64,000 nucleotides of DNA from Octopus vulgaris. Lineage: Eukaryota. A program made the position numbers and the translations under genes. The notes beneath the pieces are model-generated. The model had not been told where the DNA came from. It worked only from the letters and a program-made list of their open reading frames with translations, and did no database searches. This document shows positions 12,073 to 23,256 of this stretch, piece by piece (position 1 is the stretch's first letter; each line of letters starts with the position of its first letter). Location: assembly GCA_951406725.2 (NCBI GenBank), contig OX597814.1, positions 153,884,001 to 153,948,000 of the forward strand, given 5' to 3'.

Positions 12073-12837
12073 ATGTCGGCAAAAATTAGGATCGCCAGTG
12101 TCGTCGTCAGACCTTTTAACGGCAAAGGCGATGTAGTGGCCTGGATTCAGAAAATCAGGTTGGTGGCGAGACTGCAGGGCATAAGCGACGTGGCGAGTCT
12201 TATGGCCCTGTATTTGGAAGGAAGTGCGTTGTCGCTTTACCTAGAAATGGATGAAAAAGAACGGCTCTGCGATGGGAATATAGAGCGGCGCTTGTGTGAC
12301 GCATACACGGAATGTGAGTACACAGCTTTCGCTAAGCTGGGTGCAATCAGGTGGACGGGAGGCCAGGTGGATGATTTTGCATCGGAAGCTAGAAGGCTAG
12401 CGACTCTGGCCGGGTTTGCCGGAGAAGGACTGGAGAGAGCAGCCCAACTGGCATTCGTAAATGGGTTCCCCGATGATGTAGGGATTCACCTACAACGACT
12501 GCCCGGGGTCAAAAAGATGCCATTGAGCGAGCTTGTAACTCATGCTCGCGGGTTGACGAGACACTCGGGGCGGAAGGGGATAGCGATGGCGGTGACGGAG
12601 GCGCGTAAAGACGGACGACGTCCCGAGAAAGAGGTACGGAAGCCCACCGTGCAACGAGAGCGGCCGTTCTCAGGACGATGTTTTAAATGCCAGGGACCGC
12701 ACATGGCGCGGGACTGTATGCAGCCGGGGCCCGTTTGCTATCGATGCAGGCAGACAGGGCACATTGCCCGTGATTGCGGCCAGGGAAACGACCGCGGGGA
12801 AGTTGCTGCCTCTCGAACTTTCCCCTCAAACGAGTAG
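12073..12837 (+). CDS. gag: Gag, 254 aa, two zinc knuckles
   Basis: Intact ORF with CFKCQGPHMARDC (CX2CX3HX4C) and CYRCRQTGHIARDC (CX2CX4HX4C). Confidence 0.93.
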   Translation: MSAKIRIASVVVRPFNGKGDVVAWIQKIRLVARLQGISDVASLMALYLEGSALSLYLEMDEKERLCDGNIERRLCDAYTECEYTAFAKLGAIRWTGGQVDDFASEARRLATLAGFAGEGLERAAQLAFVNGFPDDVGIHLQRLPGVKKMPLSELVTHARGLTRHSGRKGIAMAVTEARKDGRRPEKEVRKPTVQRERPFSGRCFKCQGPHMARDCMQPGPVCYRCRQTGHIARDCGQGNDRGEVAASRTFPSNE

Positions 12838-12841
12838 AGGC
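12783..12841 (+). promoter_or_regulatory. -1 programmed ribosomal frameshift signal (slippery heptamer plus predicted H-type pseudoknot)
   Basis: G GGA AAC (12783-12789) is in the gag frame and pol is in the -1 frame. After a 6-nt spacer, stem 1 is GGGGAAGTT / AACTTTCCCC and stem 2 is GCCTCT / AGAGGC. Confidence 0.85.
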
Positions 12842-14813
12842 GCTATTGGAGACACTGCCAGTGATTGACGTGGAGGCCGAGGGGAAGACGTTCAAGGCCC
12901 TTGTGGATACGGGCTGTACGACCACCCTGGTGACTTCGAGGGTGACGAAGGAATGGAACGGGGTGTGTAGTGTCCGGGCAGTCGACGGCAGCGAAATCCG
13001 TTGCAGAGGCAGCATCACGGTAGAGATAGTGGTGCGCAGCGCGACGCTAAGGCTACAGGCAATTGTGGCCGAACGCGTGATAAATGGAGTTGATGGGGTG
13101 ATGGGGATGGACGCCATCAACTGCCTCGGTGGCGTCAGCGTTGTGGGAAATAAGGTCACGTTCGGAAGCGTGGGGGCGTCGTGCACTGCGAGTCAGGATC
13201 ACCAGAGGGAGCAGAGCCCCGCGAGGGACTGCGCCGCTTACACCATCGAGGACAAAGACTTTCAGGCGGCGTTCGATGGTCAGCGGTGGACGATAGAGTG
13301 GAAATGGAAGGACGAGCCCCCGACACTGGAGAACAGGGTGAGCTGTTACCAGCATACTCTGAAAGGCCACGCCAGGGTTGAGTTTGAAGACGAGGTGGAG
13401 AGGTGGATCGAGGAAGGGGTCCTTGTCCCTTGGAAGGAGGAGGTAGCGGGCGGAGTGCTACCCCTGATGGCGGTGGTGCAGCCTACGAAGGGAAAAGTCA
13501 GACCGGTGCTGGACTTCAGGGAGCTAAACCAGCACATATCGTGTCACACGGGAGGTGAGGCGACAGACGTTTGTGGTGAGGCATTACGCAAGTGGAGACA
13601 GTCGACTGAGGCAGCGACGATTGTCGACTTGAGATCGGCATACTTGCAGCTCCATGTGAGCGACAAACTATGGCGATATCAGCTGGTGCGGTACAAGGGC
13701 CGGACGTACTGTCTAACCAGGCTGGGTTTCGGGCTGAATTCTGCTCCGAAGATCATGGCGGCAGTGCTTAGGTCCGTCCTAGGGAAAGACGGCAAGATTA
13801 GAAAGGCCACCAGCTCCTACATTGACGACATTTTGGTGGACGAAACTGTAGTGCCAGCCGACGAGGTAGTGCGACATCTGGAGAAGTTCGGACTGATTGC
13901 TAAGCCACCGGAGTCGATTGAAGGGGGAGCCGCGCTGGGGCTGAAGCTGCGAAGAGATAGATCAGGTGAATTGGTGTTCCGGAGAGGAAATGAAATCCCA
14001 GAGCTGAGTTCCAGCGTCAGCAGGAGAGAGCTGTTCTTGGTGTGTGGGAAGTTGGTCGGTCACTACCCGATCGCTGGATGGCTGCGCACGACGTGTAGTT
14101 ACACCAAGAGACGAGCAGAAGGAGAGAGGTGGGGCGACAAGGTGGGAGAAGGGACGGTGGCGATGATGCAGGAGATCCTAGAGAGGACAAGAGCGGAAGA
14201 CCCGGTCAGGGGGAACTGGTACGTGCCCAGGACGAAATGCGGGACTGTCTGGTGTGATGCTAGCAGTATAGCGATAGGGGTGGTGTTGGCAATCGAAGGC
14301 ACTGCGGTGGAGGACGCGGCCTGGCTTCGGAAAGCAGATGATTTCAACCACATCAATGTCGCCGAACTAGATGCGCTGCTGAAAGGGGTGAACTTGGCCT
14401 TGAAATGGGGGCTGCGCACGATTGAAATGCGGACGGATTCGGCCACTGTGCTTGGCTGGGTAGGATCAGTGATCACCGGTGACAGGAGAGTGCGGACGAA
14501 AGGTGCTGCGGAGATGTTAGTGAAGCGCCGTCTAGGAGTTCTAGGTGAATTGATCGCCGAATTCGGACTGAAGCTGAACGTGGTCTTCGTGCCTTCGGAG
14601 AAAAACAAGGCGGACGTACTGACCAGGGTGAAAAGGGCGTGGTTGGAAGAACCGGAGGAGGCGCGGAGAGGGATAGCTGCGGCGTGTCGGTTGGATGACT
14701 CTGAGCTGAAGAAACTGCACGCTATGCATCACCTGGGTGTGGACAGGACCCTGTATCTGGCAAAAAAGATTGATGCTGACGTGACCAGGAGAAGCGTCCG
14801 GAAGGTGTCGTGA
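12783..14813 (+). CDS. pol: Pol: aspartic protease, reverse transcriptase, RNase H and the start of the integrase zinc finger
   Basis: PR: ALVDTGC. RT: RPVLDFRELN, DLRSAYLQ, LGFGLNSAP, YIDD. RNase H: CDAS, HINVAEL, TDS, NKAD. Integrase: LHAMHH. Confidence 0.94.
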   Translation, partial: GKRPRGSCCLSNFPLKRVEALLETLPVIDVEAEGKTFKALVDTGCTTTLVTSRVTKEWNGVCSVRAVDGSEIRCRGSITVEIVVRSATLRLQAIVAERVINGVDGVMGMDAINCLGGVSVVGNKVTFGSVGASCTASQDHQREQSPARDCAAYTIEDKDFQAAFDGQRWTIEWKWKDEPPTLENRVSCYQHTLKGHARVEFEDEVERWIEEGVLVPWKEEVAGGVLPLMAVVQPTKGKVRPVLDFRELNQHISCHTGGEATDVCGEALRKWRQSTEAATIVDLRSAYLQLHVSDKLWRYQLVRYKGRTYCLTRLGFGLNSAPKIMAAVLRSVLGKDGKIRKATSSYIDDILVDETVVPADEVVRHLEKFGLIAKPPESIEGGAALGLKLRRDRSGELVFRRGNEIPELSSSVSRRELFLVCGKLVGHYPIAGWLRTTCSYTKRRAEGERWGDKVGEGTVAMMQEILERTRAEDPVRGNWYVPRTKCGTVWCDASSIAIGVVLAIEGTAVEDAAWLRKADDFNHINVAELDALLKGVNLALKWGLRTIEMRTDSATVLGWVGSVITGDRRVRTKGAAEMLVKRRLGVLGELIAEFGLKLNVVFVPSEKNKADVLTRVKRAWLEEPEEARRGIAAACRLDDSELKKLHAMHHLGVDRTLYLAKKIDADVTRRSVRKVS

Positions 14814-15702
14814 GCTGCGACAGGTGTCAGTCCATCGACCCTGCTCCATGTGGGCATGAACAGGGAAGCCTTTCCATGGAGCAGAACTGGAAAAGGCTAG
14901 CTGTGGATGTGACACACTACCATCAGCGAATGTACCTCTCCATGGTCGACTGTGGGCCGGGCCGGCTGGCCATTTGGAGGGAGTTGAGATCGGGCATTGC
15001 TGACGAGATCGTGCAGATCCTGAACGGGATATTTTTAGAGAGAGGTCCCGTGGAAGAACTACTGATGGACAACGGGGCGGCATTTCGTTCGGAAGCATTG
15101 AGGGTTATGCTTGATCGGTGGAACGTGCGACGCTTGTTCAGAGCAGCGTATAGGCCGGGTGGTAACGGGATCGTGGAGAGGCACCATCGGACAGTCAAGG
15201 CCATAGCGGAAAGAGGGCACATTTCGCCGCTTGAAGCAGTTTTTTGGTACAACTTGTCTCCCCGATCCGGACAGGCTGAGGAATCGGTGCCACACAGAGC
15301 AATATTCAGGTACGAGTGGAGGCATCCGTGTACTACATCAATGCAACCCGGGGCAGAGGAAGAGCACGCCTTCGTGCGGGTCGGGGAGGAAGTCTGGGTA
15401 AAACCCCCAAACGCACGGTGTACATCGCAATGGGGAAAGGGGACAATAACCTCCGTAAATTCGAAGAATAACATCTCCATCGATGGTATGCCACGCCACG
15501 TTTTGGACATACGGAGGATTGTCCATGCCCCAGAGGATGGGACAAGCAACAGTGGGCAGGACGAAAACAACCGACAGGATGACGAGGTCGACAGCAACAC
15601 ACCAGAAACAAGTCCTAGGGTCGCGCTGCGACCACAGAGGAGCGGCACCCTCCTCCCTGGCTGGCTGATTATGAAACCAGTTTCGGGTGCGGGAGCGAGT
15701 GA
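14718..15702 (+). CDS. pol: DDE integrase domain of pol, interrupted by two 1-nt frameshifts (about 14808 and about 15640)
   Basis: The HHCC finger is split across the first shift (HAMHH / CDRC). LAVD, LMDNG and GIVE give D-35-E spacing. VGEEVWVK marks the C-terminal domain. A -1 shift at about 15640 restores RPQRERHPPPWLADY with a stop at 15700-15702. Confidence 0.9.
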
Positions 15703-15724
15703 GGAAGCCGGTTCAGTGATTTAT

Positions 15725-15738
15725 AGATCAGGGGGGCG
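15725..15738 (+). promoter_or_regulatory. Polypurine tract
   Basis: AGATCAGGGGGGCG lies directly upstream of the 3' LTR. Confidence 0.75.
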
Positions 15739-16013
15739 TGTGGTGTGGTGATGAAGGAGTGTGACGGGACGGGCGGGAGCGGAAGTGATGCTTACAGGTC
15801 TTGCAGGGCGCATGCGCCGGCGGAAGCGGAAGGGAGAGACTCAACGCACGTGCGGCATCGACCGGTTGCGACAGACCCCAGCAAGGCACCGAGACGGCAA
15901 CACGCGAGCAAGTTGGCTGAAGGCCATCCGACTTCATCCCCTGTCAGGTAAGACCTTATTGCACTTCTGTTTTCCTCTTTCCTTGTTCCGTTGTGCTCCT
16001 TTCATCAACCACA
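15739..16013 (+). repeat. 3' LTR
   Basis: Direct repeat of 11753-12027, followed by the TSD GTTTC. Confidence 0.98.
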
Positions 16014-16811
16014 GTTTCTACAAAGCAGAGTATTTGGAACTCTTCATCACTCTTACTAGAAAGTAAAAAGGGTCAAATAATCAAGTCCCATATAACAGGT
16101 AACATTTTAACCAATCACCAGTTTTCATTTGTTCCCTTGGCCAATGGGAAAACAGTATTCCAGCAGCTTTTTCAGTTATATAAAGCAAAACTGAAAAGAA
16201 GAATCCTTCCTTTTTCTTGGCAAAACACATCTGTTATAACTATTTGTTTTTCTCTTCTCTTCAGCTGATATCAGTATTATAGGAACCAACAAAATCTCAT
16301 TTCCTTCATATAGGACTCTCTTGTCCATTAGTTTTAAATAACAAGATATGTTTAAGCTGAATGAGAAATCACTTCAGCACACCTCATTTCCTGTAACTTT
16401 CCCTTTACTATGTTGTTTTCTTTTCTATTTATCTCATTATAATTATCCACTCTCATTATGTGTGACATCCAAAAGGAACTTTCATTCAAGAACATATTTA
16501 TAATGTTAGTTCTACAACTTTAAGTAATATAATTCACTTTACAAACATAAACATAACTATTTCCAAAAAAAAATCTATACAAACTTTGCTTTTATTAATG
16601 TTATTTGAAATCTAGAAGAAACATCTGCTGTTTAACAACTTTGAATTGTTGTTTTAAAAGCCAAAAAAGAGGTCTATATCTTAATTGGTATGTAGAAAAT
16701 ATACATAACTATTGTAATTAACTTATTATAGTTGCTATCTCTGAGGATCTTAATTTTTCTTGCAAAACTTGATAATAATAAATCAAAGGCTTTGGACATT
16801 AGAAACAGTAG

Positions 16812-16842
16812 ATGAGAGAGATAGATAGATAGATAGATAGAT

Positions 16843-16906
<64 letters not shown>
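16812..16906. repeat. (GATA)n(GA)n microsatellite
   Basis: Direct reading. Confidence 0.95.
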
Positions 16907-16907
<1 letters not shown>

Positions 16908-17555
16908 TGCTGTAGAAATGTATTTGTATTTGGTCTACTGATCGTGTGTTCAGCCTTCTTGTGATGCTATGCATTTACAAATACCGAATAATTTACTGAG
17001 CATTAAGGTCAACCTTCAAAATGTAGTTCTCAGTGATATTTGATATGATGGCCTGACACACCTGTCATGGCAATTTGTAGAATTTGTGAAAGATTTGTCT
17101 CAAGTTTCCAAAGAGAAATTGAGAAATTGAAAGATGAAAAGTTACATTAAAGATGAAAGGTTGCATATATTATTTAGATTTGGTCTCAATACCTATAAAA
17201 ATGAGAACCATATTGATTCAGATACCTGCAGCAATCAGCAGTAGATTATTAAATGAGATGAATATTTAACAGTTGCATGTGACAGAGTCATTGTATAATA
17301 CATTTCTGTTTGAGCTTATGTTTAGGCTGACAAAAAAAAAATAATCAGTATTCTTTATGCTGTGTCCCATAACATTTGGCACTCTGATAAATAGAGATCA
17401 ATAAAATAAATATCAGACTGAAAATCTGAGGTACAGAGGTTGATATGATTGATTAAGTCTCAGAAAGAGTCGCTCCAATATGGCTGCAGTCCAATGACTA
17501 AAACAAATAGAAGAATAGAAAAAGAATAGAAAAATATATTGTTATGTTTATTTTA

Positions 17556-18811
17556 TTGTGTTGAGTCAAACTTTTGCAATATTTTGGTAAATTATTTGCT
17601 TTATTCATCAAATTACATCAAATGTAGCCTAGCATTCAAAGTAGAAGCCATCATGTTGCACTGTCTGAAGCTACCTTTCTGCAATTCTTGCCCATTGAGG
17701 TAAAGAACTCTTTCATTGAAGTTTCCACCTCCTCTTGGTTGATGAAACATCGCATGTGCCGGAAATGAGACATGGATCAGCACAAGTAATAATCCAAGGG
17801 AGCTAGATCCAGACCATATGCTAGGTGTAGCTTCATTTCAATTTCCTCAAGTTCTTGGAGTTTATTCCTGGCCAGTCAAGTGGTATGAGGTCTTCGATTG
17901 TCTTGCTGCAGAAGTACTCGCTTTTTGTTAGCCCATCCAAAGTGCTCTGGATTGCAGGACAGCCTGCTGTGCTTGAGGACACCTATTGAGTCAAGTACAT
18001 CAACATCAAAAAATCAAATGGAAATTGTAGTTGTGATACCTGTGCCGGTGGCACGTAAAAAGCACCATCCGTACGTGGCCGATGCCAGCACCACCTTGAC
18101 TGGCTTCCATGCCGGTGGCACATAAAAAGCACCAACCGATCGCAGCCATTGCCAGCCTCGTCTGGCACCTGTGCCGGTGGCATGTAAAAAGTACCCACTA
18201 CACTCATAGGGTGGTTGGCATTAGGAAGGACATCCAGCTGTAGAAACACTGCCAGATCAGACTGAAGCCTGGTGCAGCCTCCTGGCTTCCCAGACCCTGG
18301 TCGAACTGTCTAACCCATGCTAGCATGGAAAACGGACGTTAAACGATGATGATGATGATGATGATGATGAATACCAGGTATTTTTGCCACACATTGGCAT
18401 ACATCAATGGTTCAGCCATCGGGAACAAACTCACAGGGAATTATCCCTGCATAATTCCATCAGATACAGAGCATCATTTTGTGTATGAAATGCTCATGTT
18501 TGGTGACAGGTTCCAGAAACTGGCCCTTGCTTAACCACTACTTATGCATGTTAGGATTGCAGAAAAATACCTCCTCTGGATTGTTACTTGCTCTGATCCA
18601 TAGCTCACTTCCTGCACTTGCAATGCTTCATCAGCCATGAGGAGGTGAAAGCTTCAGTGAAGGAATTCTTTGCCTTGAAGGACAAGTACTGGTATCAGCA
18701 TGGGGCCAAAGAACTGGCAGAAAGGTGGCTTCAGAATGCTGCTTTTGTTGTAATTTGATAAATAAAGTAAATAAGTTACCAAAATATTGCAAAACTTTTG
18801 ACTCAACACAA
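17556..18811 (-). mobile_element. Rearranged mariner relic with long inverted arms and a family D repeat nested at about 17985-18370
   Basis: TA-flanked TIRs TTGTGTTGAGTCAAA. Minus-strand transposase remnants KMMLCI*WN, QQDN.RPH and DLAP.DYYL. The right arm (about 18570-18811) is an inverted copy of the 3' end. Confidence 0.85.
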
Positions 18812-19344
18812 TATTATTATTTATAGAATTGATTTGCTTCTTATAAAAGGTTGCATGAACACAACTAATGATAACTTGTCAATCAACATTGAAACATGCA
18901 TCATTGTAGAACATATATAAGCAAACACTTCACTGTTTAAAGCTGGAATGTCTATTAAGAATATATATTATTTTAACACTAACACATTGCTATTCCATAA
19001 TAACATATTGGAATTGTTGTTGTCTGGAAACTGACACTGGTTTCAAATGACTTGCTGTTTAGCAAACTTTGTATTTTGACAAACTTACAAATAATAAAAA
19101 ATCTAGATAGATTTGTGGATACGTGTAACTAAACTTTGAATGCTAACATATTTATATAAGATCTTGGTGTATATTTAATCTTGGTTATTGTGTTTATTTG
19201 ATTTTTGATTTGTAAAACATATGATGGGAGAAGTGTAGAGATCAGGTTAATTCAGAATTCAGAGAGCTCTCCCTCTTTTTTTGATGCCCAGGAGTAGGGA
19301 CAAATTCACCATTTAACATCCATTTTCCATTAGAAATTTATACA

Positions 19345-19575
19345 GGTGGTGAGCTGGCAGAAACGTTAGCATGTCAGGCGAAATGCTTAGCTGTATTTCG
19401 TCTGCCGCTACGTTCTGAGTTCAAATTCCACCAAGGTCAACTTTGCCTTTCATCCTTTCGGGGTCGATTAAATAAGTACCAGTTATGCACTGGAGTCGAT
19501 ATAATCAACTTAATCCATTTGTCTGTCCTTGCTTGTCCCCTCTATGTTTAGCCCCTTGTGGGCAGTAAACAAATA
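19345..19575 (+). mobile_element. SINE family A
   Basis: Matches 20021-20252. Approximate TSD AAAT(T)ATACAG. Confidence 0.9.
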
Positions 19576-20020
19576 AAATTATACAGAGTCAAGGGATTAC
19601 CACTGATCAGGGTATACCCAAAGCCCAAGTAATGGATAGGCAGAGATAACAACAATAACCACAACTTCTCCACCTAGTATACAGAATATCATAAGGTCTC
19701 AGTCTTTTATGATACAACTATAAGCAGGTCACAGGCACTCTATATTGCTGTATACTTGCATTGGTGTATTTTTATTTTTTATAATGCAGTTGTTACAGTA
19801 CTAGCACAACCTCATTCTAAATCACTTGCAAAATAAAATAAAATATTACAAATATTTCTTCTTTTTAATTTAATAATCTCCTAATCAGGGGCAAGAGAAG
19901 AGCCCATGAACCTTTACATGACCCTGAGACTGGGAGGAAAGAGAGAGACAAAGGTATCCTTAAACCAGAGACTTGTTCTATATGCCTGTGATAGATTGGA
20001 CTCTACTAAATGCACCCAAG

Positions 20021-20252
20021 CAGCAGGAGCTGGCAGAAACGTTAGCACGCCGGGCGAAATGCTTAGCGGTATTTCGTCTGCGTTACGTTGTGAGTTCAAA
20101 TTCCGCCGAGGTCGACTTTGCCTTTCATCCTTTCGGGATCGATAAATTAAGTACCAGTTACGCACTGGGGCCGATGTAATCGACTTAATACCTATGTCTG
20201 TTCTTGTTTGTCCCCTCTGTGTTTAGCCCCTTGTGGGTAATAAAGAAATAGG
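20021..20252 (+). mobile_element. SINE family A, CpG-rich young copy
   Basis: tRNA-like A box (TGGCAGAAACG) and B box (GAGTTCAAATT). Older variants lie at about 31845-32250, 33405-33640, 36493-36705 and 47820-48030. Confidence 0.9.
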
Positions 20253-21854
20253 AATTAATCCATGCAACAGATTAGGTCTATGAGTCAAGTAGACCCCAGC
20301 AGAATTTGAACAAACAATGCAAAGAAACAGAAGAAATATTAGAAAGCATTCTGTCCAATGCTCTCATGTTTCTACCAGTCCACTGCCTCAGACCACTATT
20401 TTATTTATCAAAGCAGGAAAAAGAAAAGGCAAAACTGACTTCAGCAAGATTTAAATTCAAAACACTATTTTATATTATGAATTTATGAAAATGTCATACA
20501 AGAAGGATGTTGTTTATGATTTTGAGTTCTATTTCTGCATACAAAGAGTCATCCTCTTTCTCAATCTCTTTTGATTGATTATTCCTTAGTTTTCTTATGA
20601 ATCTTATTTACAAATTTATGAGTTTTTCTTTATAAGGAACTTACAAGGTCACAAGTAGCCTGTAGGACATACATTACTCTGACATTGCTTGAAAAGAAAT
20701 ATTAAGTGTAAACTGCAATGAACAAAAATATACGTGTAACATGTAATTCGTGGTAAAAGATTACCTTAAACTGAAAATTTTTTTTACTTGATTCATGGAA
20801 GTAAAATTTTTTATAGTAAAGGCAGCAGTCAGAAATTTATTAATGGACCAGCTATGTCGAACAGAAGGAGTGGTTTATCAATCACAAAGTTAACATTTGC
20901 TAATGTGTTAATGTTCAAACAAAACAGACCATTTCATATATGAGAATTAGTACATGTAGATTTTAGTTTTTCTTTTTTTTTTACTGCACAGAGTATTAAC
21001 AAGATGTTTGGATGTAAAAGCTATTTAACTTTGAAAAGAGAAACTAAATCTTTTTTTTTCTTTTTTTCTTTTTGAAGTTTTGGCAATGATAATTGTAGTG
21101 CTCACGGTATTTTTAAATAGATTCTACAATCTGTGTTTTCCTATAATGACATGAGCAACACTTATTTCTGGAAATCCAAACAAATACATGAATTTATAAA
21201 AGAGTTATTTTACAGCTAAATGCTCATTCATACTACTTGCCATATTCAACATATTTTTAAACAAGTTAAATTAAACAACTTCAGTTACAAGCTTTGCCTA
21301 AAGGTGAATACACCTCAATGCCTGTAATAAGCCAATAACTGAACATCCAAAGCCAAACTCACTTACCACTTCTCCTACAAAATATGAATCAAAATAAGAA
21401 CAAAAATAAAGTTATCCAATATCTTTCAACAAATGTTAAACTGAAATTCAACTCGAGCCTAAATATATCTCTTGTTGCATCATCTAATATGTTTTAAACC
21501 ATTTAGCAACATTAAGCAAAACAATTAACATCTTTCATTCAATTACTATAGATTTCAGCGTAAACTATTTCGTAAAGAGCAGACCATTATTTTAATTACA
21601 CAATAGACATTTAATTAAAGCTGCTCTTAAATTTTAATTGAGCTTTGGAAATACAATTTTATCATCTTTCAAATAATTTTTGCTTTCATATTTGTAATTA
21701 ATACTTTCTCAAACCTGAGTAACTCTGTAAGGTATTGAATCACAATGTCAGCATTTTCATAATTTATCCCTTGGGTAATTGACTATAAATCTATTTTCTT
21801 TCAACAGTATTTATCTGCATACTTATCTATACACAAGCATATCTGTGCACAAGT

Positions 21855-21872
21855 ATGTGTGTGTGTGTGTTT

Positions 21873-21957
<85 letters not shown>

Positions 21958-22038
21958 CAAATAGATAGATAGATAATAGACAGACAGATAGATACACAAA
22001 TATTTACATGTATGTGTGCCATATAATAGATCTATCTA

Positions 22039-22084
<46 letters not shown>

Positions 22085-22171
22085 GAGAGAGAGAGATGGA
22101 TGTATCTTAAATGTGTGCATATATATATATATATATAGTTAACTAAATACATGCATTTAAGTATGTGTGTA

Positions 22172-22210
<39 letters not shown>
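21855..22210. repeat. Compound (TG)/(TA)/(TAGA) microsatellite cluster
   Basis: Direct reading. Confidence 0.95.
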
Positions 22211-22212
<2 letters not shown>

Positions 22213-23020
22213 ATAAAACTCATATCAATATTGGTTCCCACAAGGTATTGTATTTCTCTTGTCATGCTTATATATATTATATTTCTCTTGTTGTACTTAT
22301 AAATCTAAATACTTAAGATGCATCATTTAGAATTAGCTGATTTTTCTTGTTTGTGTGAATATGGTGGTAAACACAATACAGAATATTCCCAACAAAGAAT
22401 GTTTCAAAATATTTAGTATTTATTTGTCAATCACAAATTCTCAAAGCAAAAAACATTCACTGTATGAAATAAAGTATATTCTTTTCAATATTTGATTTGT
22501 TTAGAATGATTAATATCTTTAAAATATATTTCATTTATATAACTGCATTAACTAGCAAATAAACACATCCTATCAAATAATGTTATCTATAAGCTAGCTG
22601 TTATATCTTTCATGTTTTTCTCTTTAGTTTAACTTACCACTTATCTCTGTGTTGTAAAAGCAGATTATAGGGAAGAGAATAATCATAAAATTGGTATCAA
22701 GCATTGATTCTTTGCTTCTGTTATGAAGTACAACAAGACCACCTACAGCTGTTCCAAGAATTTTGGCAACCACCATTGATACTGAGAAGTGGTGGTATGA
22801 GCAGCAATGGAAATCAATAAACTTCAGAGATTAGACAGTACAGAATTCATATTGAAAAATCATGTGTATTGTGAAATTCTATAGCTACTTTGAATCTGCT
22901 GTGCAACTTGGCATAAGGATCAAACCAAACATGTTACTGCAATTTATTTTAAAGTTTTCAGTCACATACATGACTGTCTTGTCATCATCAGCTCACATAG
23001 TGGAGAAAACTTAGGACTTT

Positions 23021-23053
23021 AATCATCATCATCATCATCACCATCATCATCAC

Positions 23054-23124
<71 letters not shown>

Positions 23125-23256
23125 CCACAACCATCACCACCATCATCATCATCATTATCATCACCACCACCAGCACCACCACCACCACCACTACCACCAT
23201 CATCATCATCATCATCATCATCATTTAACGTCTACCTTCCATGCTAGCATGGGTGG
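23021..23256 (-). repeat. Expanded (CAT/CAC)n tract forming the tail of a very short family D fragment
   Basis: The tract abuts TTTAACGTCTACCTTCCATGCTAGCATGGGT, the reverse complement of the family D 3' end. Confidence 0.85.

Larger units (their letters stand above)
11753..16013 (+). mobile_element. Full-length LTR retrotransposon (gag, PR-RT-RH-IN; no env), 4261 bp
   Basis: Two 275-bp LTRs with TGTGGT..ACCACA termini, a perfect 5-bp TSD GTTTC (11748-11752 / 16014-16018), long ORFs, and sharply higher GC/CpG than the flanks. Confidence 0.98.

Noticed and set aside
12683-15648. Antisense ORFs of 105-241 aa within the LTR element
   Set aside because: These are expected shadows of GC-rich pol coding sequence with no recognisable motifs.
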